DNA from: an uncultured delta proteobacterium
Lineage (GTDB): Bacteria > Myxococcota_A > Polyangia > Polyangiales > Polyangiaceae
Length of the DNA stretch: 64,000 nucleotides
Assembly: GCA_963839305.1 (NCBI GenBank)
Contig: CAWIUL010000011.1
Location: forward strand, 2,313,561-2,377,560
Direction of reading: 5' to 3'
Shown: positions 63,381-64,000 of the stretch, piece by piece
Numbering within the stretch: position 1 is the stretch's first letter
How the letters are laid out: every line of letters starts with the position of its first letter
Program-made: the position numbers and the translations under genes
Notes under the pieces: generated by a model
The model's database searches: none
Told to the model about the DNA's origin: nothing
What the model saw: the letters and a program-made list of their open reading frames with translations, nothing else

Positions 63381-64000
63381 CAGGGGAGCTTCACGTTCTT
63401 GATCTCGGCGTTGTTCGGATCGAGCCGCTTGGCCTCTTCCAGGTGCGTCTTCGCGTCGGCGTTTCGCTTGAGCGCCACGAGCGAGGCCGCGGCGAGCGCG
63501 TGCGCGGTCGCGGCGTCTTCCGCGTTCGGCTCGCACAGAAGCGCGCTCTCGTATTCGAACACGGCACGCGTGTGGTCGCCGGTCGCGGCGAGCGCGCGTC
63601 CGTAGTTCGTGTGCACGTTTTCGTCGTAGACCGCGACGAAGACCGCGCCCTCGCCGACCTTCTTCGCTTCGTCCCACTGCTGGTTGTCGACGAGGCGCTT
63701 GAGCAGCCACCCCCACACCTTCGGGTCGTGCTGATCGAGCATCGCGTACTTGCGCATGATGTCGAGCTGGTCGCCCTCGCGGCCGTCGTCCTTCGCGAGC
63801 TCGAAGAGGCTGCCGAGCGGCTCGGCCTGCGTCGGATCGAAACGGTACGCGGCCTCGAGCTGCTTTCGGTACTCGTCCTTGTCCTTCTTCTTCTTCGCCA
63901 TCAGCGCGAGCTGCGTACGAACGAAGTAGCCGTCTCCGCCGGCGGCCTGGATCGCGGCGATTTGCTTCTCCTTGTCGGCCGGATCCTTCGCGAAGCGGTA
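63380..64000 (-). CDS. TPR-repeat protein, 5' end beyond the window
   Basis: Track ORF 63380..63901 plus an in-frame continuation to the window edge (YRFAKDPADKEKQIAAIQAAGGDGYFVRTQLALMAKKKK...). Confidence 0.55.
   Translation of the reverse strand, partial: YRFAKDPADKEKQIAAIQAAGGDGYFVRTQLALMAKKKKDKDEYRKQLEAAYRFDPTQAEPLGSLFELAKDDGREGDQLDIMRKYAMLDQHDPKVWGWLLKRLVDNQQWDEAKKVGEGAVFVAVYDENVHTNYGRALAATGDHTRAVFEYESALLCEPNAEDAATAHALAAASLVALKRNADAKTHLEEAKRLDPNNAEIKNVKLP

Overview
High-GC (~70%) chromosomal segment with a Myxococcota-like gene repertoire.

Contents: five Hanks-type Ser/Thr kinases, one PP2C phosphatase, PEGA, LysM and Cys-rich lipoproteins, an ECF sigma/anti-sigma pair, PilZ proteins, two MarR and one LysR regulator, a PAS-HK/OmpR/HK block, and a TolC-MFP-RND efflux locus. 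I call about 62 protein-coding genes plus one tRNA-Gln(UUG). No CRISPR array, transposase, integrase or rRNA was found.

Frameshifts: the dominant sequence-level anomaly is about 20 apparent +/-1 frameshifts spread over at least 13 genes. The RND pump is the worst affected, with at least 8. In each case conserved protein segments continue in a neighbouring frame of the six-frame track. Either the assembly carries uncorrected indels or several genes are decaying.

Candidate novel neighbourhoods:
- A translationally coupled Cys-rich lipoprotein / Ser-Thr kinase / PEGA-TM protein operon.
- A family of at least 5 paralogous Cys-rich lipoproteins, mostly next to Ser/Thr kinase genes.
- A divergent PilZ pair in which one PilZ is coupled to a MarR regulator and the other carries a TM helix plus a hexanucleotide-repeat-encoded (Thr-Ala)n tail.
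- A deoxyhypusine-synthase-like / amidase / ClC-channel operon.
- A DUF4132-like protein start-stop coupled to a TPR protein.

Caveats: many long ORFs in the track rich in R/E/A/P/G are antisense or off-frame artefacts of the high GC and are ignored. Coordinates derived by hand (non-track starts, tRNA, motifs) may be off by 1-2 nt.
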